Shown in pieces: positions 23,901 through 37,095 of a stretch of 64,000 bases of DNA. The DNA comes from Stegostoma tigrinum (Eukaryota), in the NCBI RefSeq assembly GCF_030684315.1, contig NC_081360.1:77799780-77863779 (forward strand), given 5' to 3'. The notes beneath the pieces were generated by a model, which was not told the origin of the DNA, did no database searches, and worked only from the letters and a program-made list of their open reading frames with translations. The position numbers and the translations under genes are program-made. The first letter of the stretch is position 1; each line of letters begins with the position of its first letter.

Positions 23901-26897
23901 TTATCACATCATTCACAGATTTCCAAGCATCCCCATTAACTTACAGCCCACCCCTGGAGGGGTGCAATATTCACATCATTCTATTTGCTGTAAAGATAGT
24001 TAACAAAGTTAAAGTCAAGACAGCACTGATGAAGTAAACAGCTCTAAGCTTTTTTTGGTGCTCATATCAATGCAGTCTGTTTACCAGACATTAAAAGACA
24101 CATCAGTGTCTGTTTAATTTTTCTATATCTTGACTCCCTGTGAGAATTTATTTTCTGCTCAGCTATGCTTCAGTGGATGACAAATTATGAATGTATTAAG
24201 AATATCAACTAAAGTAGGTTATCAATTAAATGGTAGAAACCAGCAATTATTAGAAGCATCGGCAAAGCTGAATTGCTGAGGCTTCAAGATTGTATAAATT
24301 GTTGTGCATCATAATTATGTACCATACATAGGTACAACAAATAACACATTGAGAAATAGCCAAGTAACTAAACGCTGAGGTCATATATGATACAATGCAA
24401 AATTTAAAAAATGAGAAAGAAAAAATGCAGACCTTGATAAATATTCCAGATTAGCTGCAAAATAGCAAATATCAACCCAACACCGACAGAAATTCTCAAA
24501 AATGTTGTCAGGGGTTGATGAATCCATTGCTAAGTGATTCAGGGAGTCAGTTATATCTAGAAATTGCAATAGGAAACAGGCCATTCTGCCTTAACCCTTT
24601 ATTGGAGCATATCAAATTTACCCAACCTTTGTCCTGACATCCTACAAACTTGTTTGTCATCCTTCAGTTAAATCTATTTATGATTCTGAACATATTGGCC
24701 AAAAACCACTAACCTTGGAAATTACTTTCACAGCCTAAAATCTTTCAGTGAAGGAGTCATTTTTACTCTGCTGCAATTTTTTGTTTATTTCTGAGTCTTC
24801 GATCGAGGCCACTCAATTATGGGAGCAGCTTGCTTTCTTCTGTTCTGACTCATCCTTCCATAATTTTATTAATATTGTTCTTACAAAAAATAAATCCCCA
24901 AATATTTACCAATATGTCAGCCCAGGCAGCATACTCATGAACTATGATATATACACTCTAAAACCTCATGCATTCAATTTAATTTTCTAACATTTTTTAA
25001 AACAGCAGAATCAATTACAAAATCATGACTTTAAAACTGACAGATATTTATTAAGGTTGCAATTCAATTGAAATAATCTTTCTTGTCTAAAACATTGTGG
25101 GGCTGAGGTTTTGCTTTAAATGCACGTAATTTGGACTGAAACACTCAATTTCAAACGCTTATTGTGGTATGTCTCTTTATTTCTTTGAAAGAGCTGATAT
25201 TTTTAAATATTGTTAAAGTCAGAAAACTGACAAACAGCAGCTCAAATTTCTGCTGCTGCATGGGGAGTCCACATTTAAAACGAACATTTTCATGTGTTAG
25301 GAAGTTAGCTGATGGTCGTGTCTGCAGTATGTAGGTTGTGGATGCCTGAGCAGGTAAAAGAACTTGCTTGAAGTTGAGGAAAGAGACCAAAGGTGAGAAA
25401 CAACATGGATGCCTGGGATATAATGCTTTTCAAAGGGCCCATGGCAATTTGGAAGTCATTCTTCTGGTAACTTGATCCTCAAGAAAGACGTGGGGTCTGT
25501 CTTTCTATTTTATAGTATACTATATTTCTGGTTATAATGGTAGACAACAGCACAGAAAGTCCATTCAGTAGACTTCAATGTATACATTTATCTTTTATGA
25601 CACATGGGCAGAAGTTTGGATCCCTGTCAGAGGTGGCCCTGAAGGTAAGAAAGTCTGAAGATTCTCAGCAAGCAGAGTACCTGGCAACTGGCCATTGTCA
25701 GCCTCCAAGTCTTTTTCATTCCAGGCAGAGTGATGGTGTGACAGGTAACCATCTGCAAGCAGAGCCTGTCTGGCAATTTAAAGGGCCTGTGAAGGCCACT
25801 CTGATTGCAAATGTTATGTTGGCTTGCAGGCCTGAAGGCGAAACATGGCTGAGGGTCAGAAGAGACTTTATGGTGAGAGACCCAAGGTGAGGGTTGTCAG
25901 GCTCCATCCTGCTTAAGATACCCCTTGACCACTGCCACCAGGCCATCTCTGCAACAGTTGGTTGCCCAGTGGAGGTATTGCCTCCATTATGAGGCAGCTT
26001 TTATCTCTCTCTACCAAACACCAGCAGCATCGATCTCACCTGGTGAAGCTATCGACATAGCATTAGTTAAGGGCATTCAAACTTAAGGTTTTTATTAAGA
26101 ATTTGCCCCATTCTCAAATCTCCTATAGGAAGAGCCTACCTACCATTGTCAATTAAATGGTGGTCAGTTAGATACTCCCTGCAGGGCCATGATTTGGCCA
26201 AATTGGGCAATCAACAAAAATGTTTTGCAGGTCGGGAACTGTAAAATCATCTGACGATGACACTTTCAAACCCAAACTTAATTTCAAGTCCAATGTTTTA
26301 TAATTTCCCACATATTTATATTTCCAGATTATTTCAGCAAAAATTGCACCATAATGACAGGCCAATCTTTTACTAACAGTTTCACTGATTGAAACTATGA
26401 TCAAAAAGTCTGTATATTTTGGGCATATTGAGTAATTACAGATAATTAAGTGCATAGCATTTAAGTTGTAGCTATGAAAGTTTAATAATAATGTGTTGCT
26501 CAATCTGTGGCACTGTCATTATCTTGTGTCATTTAGTACAAGACTGATTTACCTGGTAAACACATTCTACTACAAAAATAATGGCACCAAATGGAAGTTA
26601 CACGGTTTAAGTTACTGACAGCACAATTACTGCTTTAAAAAACAATGGAAATAAAACAACATTCGCAGAAAAAATATATAAATTTCTCCTCCCACAAATA
26701 ATATCCACTGGTAAGGCATACATACACACCTTACATATACTCTGAAACTATTATGCATACAAATTGAAGCAAATTCAGGAGCCAATGATCCATTTGGCAC
26801 AGACAAGTGCTTAAATACTTCAAACAAGTTAGGTTCATTGACCTACAATTACGTGGAGCAACCAATAAGACAATAAGAGGGGGAGTAAAAGATAATG

Positions 26898-27460
26898 AAA
26901 CCAAGAACTGCAGATGCTAGAAATATGATACAAAAATAAATTGCTGGAGATTGCATGTCTATCAGTACTTAGAGAGAGAAAGCATGTCAATATTTCAAGT
27001 CCAGTGACCCTTCATCAGAACTACCAGAAGTGAGGAACAGTTAGTATATATTTGGAAGGCAGGGATCGGGGTTAAAAGAGTGACAGGATAGATAGAGGTG
27101 GTTCCCAGAGGGAGAGAAAGATGGACAGACAAAGGGATGGATAATGGAGAAAAACTGATAATGGGGATTGTAAGTAGTTACAAATGAGTTGGCTGTGCTG
27201 AAAGTAGCTGATGTGCTGCAAGGGAAGGGGTTTGGGGAGTGGGTGAAGGAGATGTTTGGTCCCTAAAATGATTGAATTCAGTATTGCATCCTGAAGACTG
27301 CAGGGTCCCCAAGTGGAAGCTGAGATGCTGTTATTCTAGTTTGTGCTGAGCTTTGCTGGAATTCTGCAGCAGGCCAGAAATTAATGTTGGTCAAGGAACA
27401 TGGCAGGCAACTGGAACATCAGGATCATTTTTTTTATGAATAGAACTTAAGTGTTCTCCA
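26898..27460 (-). mobile_element. Degenerate PLE 3' fragment with pLTR
   Basis: KLE.QHL.FHLG-like C-terminus at 27300-27345. Decayed hammerhead motif agttctgatgaagggtcactggacttgaaatattg on the minus strand at 26985-27022. Confidence 0.7.
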
Positions 27461-27639
27461 AAATAATAGAGCAAAGCTGTACTGACATGGTAATACCACG
27501 AGACCAGCAACTGAGAATACTAAGGTAATGTGCTGTCAATAGGGTTTTGAATCGCACAATGGCAGATGATGAAATTTGAATGCAACAAAAATTTACTGTC
27601 TAAAAACTAACATTTTTAATTGTTGAAATTTATTTGCAG

Positions 27640-30600
27640 CATTAGAGGATATTGGAGAGGGAAAGGGAGGAGCCAGTTGTTGTGGCCCACGTCAGAATAA
27701 ACAACCAATGCAGGACTAGGAAAGAAGACCTGTTCCGAGATTATCAGGAGCTAGCAATGAAATTAAACAGCAGCTCCTCAAGGGTTATATTTTCCAGATT
27801 ACTGCCCGAGCCACTTGCAAATTGGCACAGGGACACGAGAATAAGGGAAGTAAATATATGGCTAATAGTGGTGTGGGAAAGAGGGTTTCGTTTTCATCGG
27901 ATATTAGCATCGGTGTTGGAAAAGGAGGGATCTGTACTGCTGGGATAGGCTCCACCTGAAGGGAGCTGGGGCTAATGCTCCAGTGAAAAAGATAAATAGC
28001 CTGGTCAACAGGGCTTCAAATTAGAAATTGAGTGGCCAAGAAAGGGTAAAAATTACCCCAGGGGGACAAAGCAGCAGGCTAATATCTGTAGGGGTAGATT
28101 CAACTGCGTGGAAAAATATGAAAAAAATGACAGGAAATTAGAACTCAGGAGAGGTTTTTAAATCTCCAACACAGACACAAATACAACAGAGTGTTTGGAA
28201 ACAGTTAGGAATCATACTTCAAGCACACTGGATAAACAAATGACAATGAGAAGAGGGATCTTTAATGCAGAACTGAAGGTGTGATACCTGAATGCACACG
28301 GTATAGAAAGAAGGTAAATGAGCTTGTGGTGCAGATCGAAATTTGCAGATATGACATTGTGGACATCACGGAGACATGGCTGCAAAGGGACTAGGATTGA
28401 GAAATGAAATCAAACCAATAGTAAGAAACAGAGTAGGGTGAGATGGTATAGAATCTGTGTGGGTAGAGCTGACGAACTGTAAAGGTAAAAAAATGTAGTT
28501 GGAGTTATGTACAGGCCTCCAAACAGCAGTTAGGACCTGGGGAGCAAAATACACCAGGAGACAGAAAAGGTGTGTAAGAAAGGCAAAGTTACAGTGATCG
28601 TGGGAGATTTCAATATGCAGGTGGACTGGGAATATCAGGCTGGTAGTTAATCACAAGAAAAGGAGTTTGTGGAATGTCTACAAGATGGCCTTTTGGAGCA
28701 GCTCATGGTGGATCTCATGAGGGAACAGACAATACTAGATTTATTGTTGAGCAATGAGGCAGAATTGAGAGCCTAAGATGAAGGAACTCTGAGGAGGCAG
28801 TGAAAATATGATTGAATTTACTCTGCAAACTGAGAGGGAGAAGATAGAATCAGAGGTATTGTTATTATAGCTGAATAAAGGCAACTACAGAGGCATGAGG
28901 GAGGAGTCAGGCAGAATTAACTGGGAGAGGACCCTAGCAGGATATACAGTGGAACAGCAACAGTAGGTGTTTCTTGGAGCAATTCAGGAGACACAGCAAA
29001 ACATCATCTCTAAGAAAAAGAAGCATGGAACAGTGAGGATGAGCCAACCATGGGTGACTCAGGAAGTCAGGAATAGCATAAAAGCAGATGAGAAAGCAGA
29101 GGAGAAAGCATATAATGTGGTAAAGTGCAGTGGGAAACCAGATGACTGGGAAGCTTACAAAGACCAACAGAGAACAACAAAAGAAGAAATAAGGAGGGAG
29201 AAGATTAAATATAAGGGTAAGCTAGCCAGTAATATAAAGAAGGACTGTAAGAGTTTCTTTAGGCATGTGAAGGACAAAAGAAAGGCAAAAGTGGACATTG
29301 GACCACTGGAAAGTGACACTGGAGAGATAGTAGTGGGGAACAATGAAATGGCTAAGGAACAGAATAATTACTTTGTGCTAGTCTTCATAGTGGAAGACAC
29401 AAATAATAAAGCAAAAATTCAAGAGAGTCAGGAAGCAAAGCTGAGTATGATGACCACCACCAAGGAGAAGGTGCTGGAAAAACCAAATGACTTAAAGGTG
29501 AATAAGTCACCAGGACCAGATGGACTACATCCCAGAATTCTTAAAGAGAAAGCTGAAGAGATTGTGGAGCATCTTTGTGTTAGTGGTGATCTTTCAAGAA
29601 TTGCTAGAGTGAGGGAGGGCCCCAGAGGACTGGAAACTTGCTAAAGTGGCACCTCTGTTTAAAAAGGGATTAAGGCAAAGGACGGAAAAATTACAGGTTA
29701 ATTAGCCGAACCTCATTCGTGGGTAAGAGTTTAGAGTCCATTGTGAAGGATGAGATTTCTGATTATTTGGAAGTGTATGGTAAAATAGGGCAAAATCAGC
29801 ATGGCATCATCAAGAAGAGGTCATGCCTGCCAAATCTGTTAGAATTCATTGAGGAAATAATGAGCAGGTCAGACGAAGGAGAACCAATGGATATTATTTA
29901 CCTGGACTTCAAGAAGGCCTTTGATAAGGTGCCAAACAGGAGACTGCTGAGTAAAATAAGGGCCCACAGTGTTAGGGGCAAGGTGCTAGCATGGATAGAA
30001 GGCTGGTGTCTGGCAAAAAGCAGAGAGTGGGGATAAAAGGGTCTTTGTCAGGATGGCAGCCGATGACAAGTGATGTTTCATAAGGGTCAGTGCTGGGACC
30101 ACAACTTTTCACTTTATACATTAACGATCTAGATGAAGGAACTGAGGGAATTTCTGGCTAAGTTTGCAGACAATACTGCCTACCTCAATTGAGGAGGCGG
30201 GGATGCTGCAGAAGGATTTTGGCAGGTTAGCAGAGTGGGCAAAGAAGTGGCAGATGGAGTACAATGTAGAAAAAATGAGGTCATGCACTTTAAAAAGAAG
30301 ACTAGAAGCAAGGAATATTTTCTAAATGGGGATAAAATTCATAAGTCTGAAGTGCAAAGAAGTTTGGGAGTTCTAGTCCATGATTCTCTCAAGGTAAACT
30401 TGCAGGTTGAGTTGGTAGTTAGGCAGGCAAATGCAACGTTGTTACTTATTTTGAGAGGACCTGAACATAAAAGCAGGGATGTATTTATGAAGCTCTATAA
30501 GGCTCTGGTCAGGCCACATTTGGAGTAATGTGCACAGTTGGGGCCCCATATCTCAGGAAGGGTGTATTGGCCCTGGAGTGAGCTCATGGGAGGTTCATGA

Positions 30601-31075
30601 GAATGGCCAGAGGAATGAAAAGTTTAACATATGAGGAATGTTTGAGGATTCGAGGTCTATACTCGGAGTTTAGAAGGATGTGGGCCGGGTGATCTAATTG
30701 AAACTTACAGAATACTGAATGGCCTGGACAGAGTGGATGTTGGGAAGATGTTTTCATTTGTAAGAGACACTTGGACCTGAGAGCACAGCCTTAGAGTAAA
30801 GCGGAGATCTTTCAGAATCGAGATAAGGAGAAACTTCTTCAGACACAGAGTGGTGAATCTATGGAATTCACTGCCACAGAAGGCTGTGGAGGCCAGGTCA
30901 TTGGGTACATTTAAGATGGAGATAGATAGTTCTTGATTGTCAAGAGGTTCACAGATTATGGGGAGAAAGTGGGAGAATGTGTTTGAGAAACTTGTCAGCC
31001 TTGATTGAATGGCGGAGCAGATTTGATACGCTGAAAGGCCTAATTTATGCTCCTTTGACTTGTGGTCTTGTGGCC
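27640..31075 (+). mobile_element. Nearly full-length decayed CR1 LINE (ORF1 esterase, APE endonuclease, RT, 3' tail)
   Basis: ORF 27652 (VVVAHV..RVIFSRLLP..REVNIWL) is SGNH-esterase-like. YLNA/ITETWL/GDFN at 28285-28615; KSPGPDGLHPRILKE; YLDFKKAFDKVP; KFAD; tail ttgtggtcttgtgg. Confidence 0.93.
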
Positions 31076-31689
31076 TCATTGCATCTGCAATGATTACCAC
31101 ACAACTCCTGACACACTGCACTGGGTCTTGTAATTGAGTTCTGAAATATCAATTATTTCCAAAGCCCGATGAAAATCACAGAAAACCAAATAAAATCAAT
31201 ACAAACAGATTACATAGCATTGATCTTGGAACCAAAAATGGCAATAGGAAATGCAGACGGGTCACCCTGCATAGGCCTTCTTACCAGCATCTGGGAGCTT
31301 GAGCCAAAATGGGATGAACTGGTCAACAGACAAGTGGAGTAGAAGCTGACATAGTCATTCTCATAGAATAACATATTACAGGTCACCAACACCATCTCTC
31401 GGTCCGTCTTAGAGATGGATGCAAACTGGATAAAGATAGTTTTTGTTTATTTCAGTATATACACCTTTTTAATGAAGTGATGTGTCAATTACTGCCTGTC
31501 ATCCACATTAGTATTTGAAAATTGTTGCAAATGTGGAACCTATTCATTTTGGGCAATTTAAAAACGTCTGCCTTTGCCTTTTTCTTTCTGAGTTGACAAT
31601 GCACATTGCTTTTATCCATTTCAATATCCAGTTCTTGCTCATTCATCAACTGACCTTGATAGACATTATGAAATTTGAACAAACACATC

Positions 31690-31870
31690 GAATATTGGAG
31701 AAATGCTGGTCTGGCAACATTTGAGGAGAGAAACAGAGTTCACGAAGTCATTCCATGCTTGAGACGTTAATTTTGTTTCTCTCTCCACAGATACTGCCAG
31801 GCTTGTTGAGCTTCTCCAGCCTTGTGTTTGTTACAGATTTACAGCATCCACAGTATTTCACATTTATTAT
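31690..31870. mobile_element. Degenerate PLE pLTR fold-back insertion (9112-type family)
   Basis: ctggcaacatttgaggagagaaacagagtt is inverted against ttttgtttctctctccacagatactgccag, followed by a tail. Confidence 0.6.
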
Positions 31871-32409
31871 CAAATGTTGATTAGCACATTTGATTTGTAA
31901 TTCCATGAATATTTAAAATACTTGACAAACTCTTTGAAAACATTTGCAAAAAATCGTATGCATACAGCAGTCAAGGACACTCCATGGAACAAAGCATTTC
32001 TATAACAACATTTCTTTGGCAATTAACCTGCAGATTCAGCATGCAGAACAGAATTTGGGAGCTTCAGACACAATACACTATGACAACAAAGGAAGATTAC
32101 AGCATAAAGTATTTAAAAAATATTGTCAAAGTTGAAATATAAATTGATTTTGAAAGGGAAGAAAGCAGTGTTGTTACTTATGAATGGAAACTGGAATTTG
32201 CAGTGACAAGACATTAAAACGTTCATCCATGCAACAAAAGAATCAAAGCAGAATGAAACATCAGCAATGCTGAATAAATGATATTTGCTTGTAAGCGAAT
32301 TGTTGAAGGTTACTATTTATGATCTATAAAACAGATGAGATCAACATGAACTCATAACAAAAGTAAAGTCAAAGCCAATGGATCAGGTAACAGATCAGAC
32401 ATCCTGAGA

Positions 32410-33750
32410 CATCTGATCATGAATGGTGTATGACAACTCAACTAACTGGAAGTCAAAGGTCCTCAATTAGCCCCATCCTCAATGGTGGGGGAGCTCATCA
32501 CGTCATTGCACAAGGCAAGGACAATGTATTTGTAACTACTTTCACCTAAATATGTTAAGTAGATGATTTAACATTGTATTCTCCCAAGATTCCCAGCATT
32601 ACAGACAGATACCACCCTTCAGCCAATTTAACATGTTCCGCATTCAAGCAGGAATTGAAAAAAGGCAGTGGTATTGCAAAAACAAGCCCCCTAACAACAT
32701 TCCTGCGGTAGGAATGATGGCTTTTACTCCAAAACGTGTCTGCACATTGATCCAAACTTTTCCAGTCTAGCTGTTTGGCATCAACCCAAACCTGTGGAAA
32801 ATTGTCCAGACGTGCCAAGACTACAAAGAATCAAAACAAATCCAATCCAACAATTACCACCCTATTAATCAACTCTCAAGCATCAGGAAAGTGATAGATG
32901 GTGTTGAAAACAGCTATGTTAATTGATAAGTACACAGCATAAACCTGCTCTGGGACATTCAGTGTGAAGTTGGATGAAAACAGCAGGACAAGCAGCATCT
33001 CAGGAGCTCAAAAGCTGATGTTTTGGGCCTAGACCCTTCATCAGAGCTCTGATGAAGGGTCTAGGCCCAAAATGTCAGCTTTTGTGCTCCTGAGATGCTG
33101 CTTGGCCTGTTGTGTTCATCCAGCTTCACACTTTGTTATCTTGGATTCTCCAGCATCTACAGTTCCCATTATCCCCGGGACATTCAGTTTGGGTTTCACC
33201 AAGTTGAACTCCAGAAAGGAGGCGAAGATATTTTCCCTTGCTATCAAGGCAGCAATAGATCAAGTGCAGCATCAAGGGGTTCGAGCAAAATTAATGCCAC
33301 TCGAATCAGGGAAATAAAAACACTTCAATGGTTGAGAAATACCAAGCTCAAAAGGGAGAGGTTAGTTGTTGCTGGAGGACAGACACCCTGAAGTGCAAGA
33401 TATAGCTTCAGGACTTCGTTAGGCAGGCGTCTTAGGTCCACCCATCCTGTCTTCTTCATCAATGATCTACCCTCCATCATAAGGTTAGAAGTGCAAATAT
33501 TCACTGATGATTACCTAATGCTATTTGTGATTACTTAGATATCAAAAGTAGTTAATGTGCAGAAAGACCAGGACAAAATCCAATCTTTGGATGATAAATA
33601 ACAAATAATGTTTTTTTTTCTCATAACTGCGTGTTAATGACCATCTACAACAAGATAGAAATTTGCTATCTCCACGTGATATTCAAATGGAATCCTCCAT
33701 GATCAACATCTGGTAATATTATCATTGATCAACAACTGAACTGGGCCACC
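32410..33750 (+). mobile_element. Old CR1/L2-group LINE fragment, split at 32964-33176
   Basis: NY.PI.QL, FGF, G..SG, FINDL and FTDD remnants. Confidence 0.65.
32964..33176. mobile_element. PLE pLTR palindromic insertion with 12-bp TSD
   Basis: Inverted arms 32961-33046 and 33047-33132 with no spacer (centre agag|ctct). TSD gggacattcagt at 32952-32963 and 33177-33188. Confidence 0.92.
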
Positions 33751-36474
33751 TGTTTATTGGATTTTGAAAATAGTTTACAAGCCCAGAAATCACAGGACCT
33801 GCCCACAAACACCACTCTTCCCAATTTTGTGATGGTGAAAATAGGAGACAGTTTGCATTTTGCCCACAAAAAATTCAAAGAAGCAACTGGCTATTCAAAT
33901 CATCAGCTAACCCCACTCAAGTTGTAATTTAAGCACCCAGGGGTGCAACTCACACAAAGTTCAAAGTAGACTTATTAAGAGCAGATGCATTTATTTGTCT
34001 CACCAGGATTGCCCTTTGGAGAGGTAAGATGTGTCTTTGGGTATGGTCTCAAGTCAATTTCAGGGCAGGTAAGATTAGCTCTGGAATGATTATAACAGTT
34101 ATAAATATGCAAAAAAGCACATAAACTCATTAACTGATAGCTCATTGGAACTTTCAACAGATCTATCAATGCCAATTGTCAAAAAATCAAGGTGAACTAT
34201 CAAGAGGACATGCCAATATCACATGTTATGAATATGAAGAGTACTTGTCAAATGGTAGTATCAAAGGGAGCTGGCAAGCTGTTCAATATTTAAAAGTTTC
34301 CTCCCTAAAATCATTGCATGAGTACTTGGAGTGTCAAAGGGAAAAAAATGGTTTCTATTTCATACTGTTTTCTTGACATTGGTGTTAGCACTGTCATTCT
34401 TGGGTTTCTGTGGCATGATTGGTTTCATAGCCTTCCATTAACACAGTTCAGTGGTTGCAATTTTGCAGTTGAATGACAGGTAAAATGATTATTCACTCTT
34501 CGAAATGGGACTATGAACTCCAATGCATAGTGTTATAAGGTATTCTTTATCTGAATGAAATGTGATGACACAGTGTCAGACAGCCAAATCAAATCAGCCT
34601 CCTTTTCCCTGTATTCACAATACAGTTAAATTAAAATATTCAATGATCTTCAAAATTGCTCCTTTTTTTTCCAAACAGATTTTCTACATCACCAATACCA
34701 GCCTTTGTGAACAACTGCTAACAGACTTTATGAATAATTGATACCAGTCACCAAGTTTATATCTTAAACAGAATAATTAACGGTTTATGATTAAGGATTA
34801 AGGATTAATACAGGAGCTTTATCAACAAGATAATTTATTTACTGTGTATGATTTAAATCCAATCTTCTTTGAATCTAGTTCTTACTCATGAAAGGCAGAC
34901 ATACAAACAGACACATTTAAGGGATAAATCAGAAGAGAAATGAATGAGCTGTAACTGGCCAGTTTATTTAAACTGTGTCCATGGCGCATAGAATGACAGA
35001 CACATGTGATCGTATCTTGCTTAGTTTCTGACAACCTAGTCAATGCAAGTAGTTTCCAGTAGGCTTCAGGGAATATTCACTTAATTCTGACAACAGGAGC
35101 TTATTTTCCAAACTTTCATTGCATTGATAATGGGAGAATAACCAAAGTTGCAATCAGACCTCCATCCTGTAGTTTTGGCAGCTACAATCCTTCTGACAAA
35201 ATATATAATTCAAAACCAAGGGCAAACTTTGTTTACTTTTTTCCCACAACATTCTCTTGGCACCCACCTCCCTGTGAGGACCCTGTTAACATCCAAATAT
35301 CTGCCATTTGTTTAAATATAATGCCTCTTCAGAGTTGGAGCACCTATAGAGCATTTTGAACAAGAATCAACTGGTAATTCAGTGGCCTCACCAACAAATA
35401 TCAGTTTGATTGGTCTCCTCTTCACTTAAAAAAAAGTTACTCCTCACAGTCCAAAAATCACCTTCAGCTCTCAGCTCACAGTTCACAGCTCCAAACCAAA
35501 ATGACAATAAAAAGAAAATCAGTGAGGGTCTGAATAGAAATATATGTCATTACCAGGCTTTATGCTGTTGAATAAATTGAAATATAGTAACTGTGGTTCT
35601 ATAAACATGAATATTTTCTCAATGCAGTGAATTTTGCAATAACCACTTAGAACTTTATTTCATAGAACTTCATTTACGTTATACCTGCTTAGGACTTGTG
35701 GAATGTTATAGTGGGTAGAGGATAAACTGGCATTGTAGCGCTGATGGAAAAGACTGGGAGGTGGTGAGGAATTAGGGTTCCTTTTAGTTGGCATGGGGGT
35801 GGTCAGGGTCAATAGCTAACATATAACTTATGGGAGCCGTGTAGTATTGGAAACAGTGTGGCATGAATGGACATGATAGAACTTTTGTTTTGGGGAAGTG
35901 GGGAGGAATATGTGTGGAGGCTGTTTTAAGTCTTATTCATTTTAAGGTTTTGGACTTATTCTCAGAGCCCCAAGGGAAACATTTCACCCTGTCTTCCACC
36001 ATAACCTACATCCAGCTCCTTACATCTGTGTTCAACTTGCCTTAACTTATAACATAACCTGCAATCCCCCTCCACTGCCGGCACCCCCACCGCACAACCC
36101 CACTGCCCTGAGACCAAAAACCTGATATTTAAATCACCAAGTTTGCAGAGGAGGGAATTCTGCTCACCCTCACACCAGGCGTTGTGACGAAATTCCTTGT
36201 ACTGTATGTATAAGAGCAGGTCAGCAGCTATGATCCCTGCGGTGAGTAACTCACCTCTTGATTCTCCAAAACCTGCCCAGCATCTCAAGAGACAAGTCAA
36301 AAAATATGGCAGAATACTGTTATGGCGGTTTCACATTTAATAATTTGGAATGAGTTGAGTTGAATGGATTTTGTGGAGTTGTGGGTAATTACGTTTTCTT
36401 TTAACAATTCAATGAAACATTGGATTTTCTCTTAACAAGGCAGTTCTTGGATGACATATGTCTGAAGATAACTG

Positions 36475-37095
36475 CTTACTTCCATTTCAATTCTCCCTCC
36501 CATTCCTCAGACGACATGTCCATCCTGGGCTCCTGCTGTGCCACAACGATGCTACCCGAAGGTTGTGGGAACAATAACTCATATTCTGCTTGGGAACCCT
36601 GAAGCCCAATGGTATCAATGTGGACTTCACAAGCTTCAAAATCTCCTCTTTGCCTACCACATCCCAAAACCAGCCCAGCTCATCTCCACCTCCCTAACCT
36701 GTCCTTCCTCCCACCTATCCCCTCCTCCCACCTGAAGCCCCACCCCCATCTCCTACCTACTAACTTCATCCCACACCCTTGGCCTGTCTGTCCTCCCTGG
36801 ACTGACCTATCTCCTCCCTACCTCCCCACCTACACTCATTTTACTGCCTCCAGCCCTGCCTCTTTGACCTGTCTGCCTCCTCTTCACTTATCTTCTCCTC
36901 TATCCATCTTCTATCAACCTCCATCTCTCCCCCAATTTATTTCAGAACCCCCTTTCCCTCCCCCTTTGCTGAAGAACGGTCTAAGCCCGAAACGTCAGCC
37001 TTCCTGCTCCTCTGATGCTGCTTGGCCTGCTGTGTTCATCCAGCTCTACACCTTGTTATCTCAGATTCCCCAGCATCTGCCGTTCCTACTATCTC
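36475..37095 (+). mobile_element. PLE 3' fragment with pLTR and tail
   Basis: Homologous to the reverse complement of 50143-50760 (HFNSPSHS..DMSI, NGINVDFTSFKIS). Hammerhead-like ctgaaga..ccgaaacgtc at 36969-36996. Confidence 0.9.

Noticed and set aside
25605-26255. Possible decayed MITE-like element (similar tracts near 1500-1700, 23540-23975 and 33780-34190)
   Set aside because: The terminal inverted repeats are too degenerate to support by eye.
33072-33391. Recurrent peptides MLLRCCLACCVHPASHF / MLLGLLCSSS in several ORFs
   Set aside because: They are translations of the non-coding PLE terminal repeat, not a small-protein family.
34561-35554. Possible solo LTR (tgtgatgaca...tgtcattacc)
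   Set aside because: The termini are imperfect, and there is no TSD or second copy in the window.
36241-36255. Palindrome ggtgagt-a-actcacc giving splice-donor-like motifs on both strands
   Set aside because: The arms are only 7 bp, which can arise by chance in 64 kb, and no convincing exon is attached.
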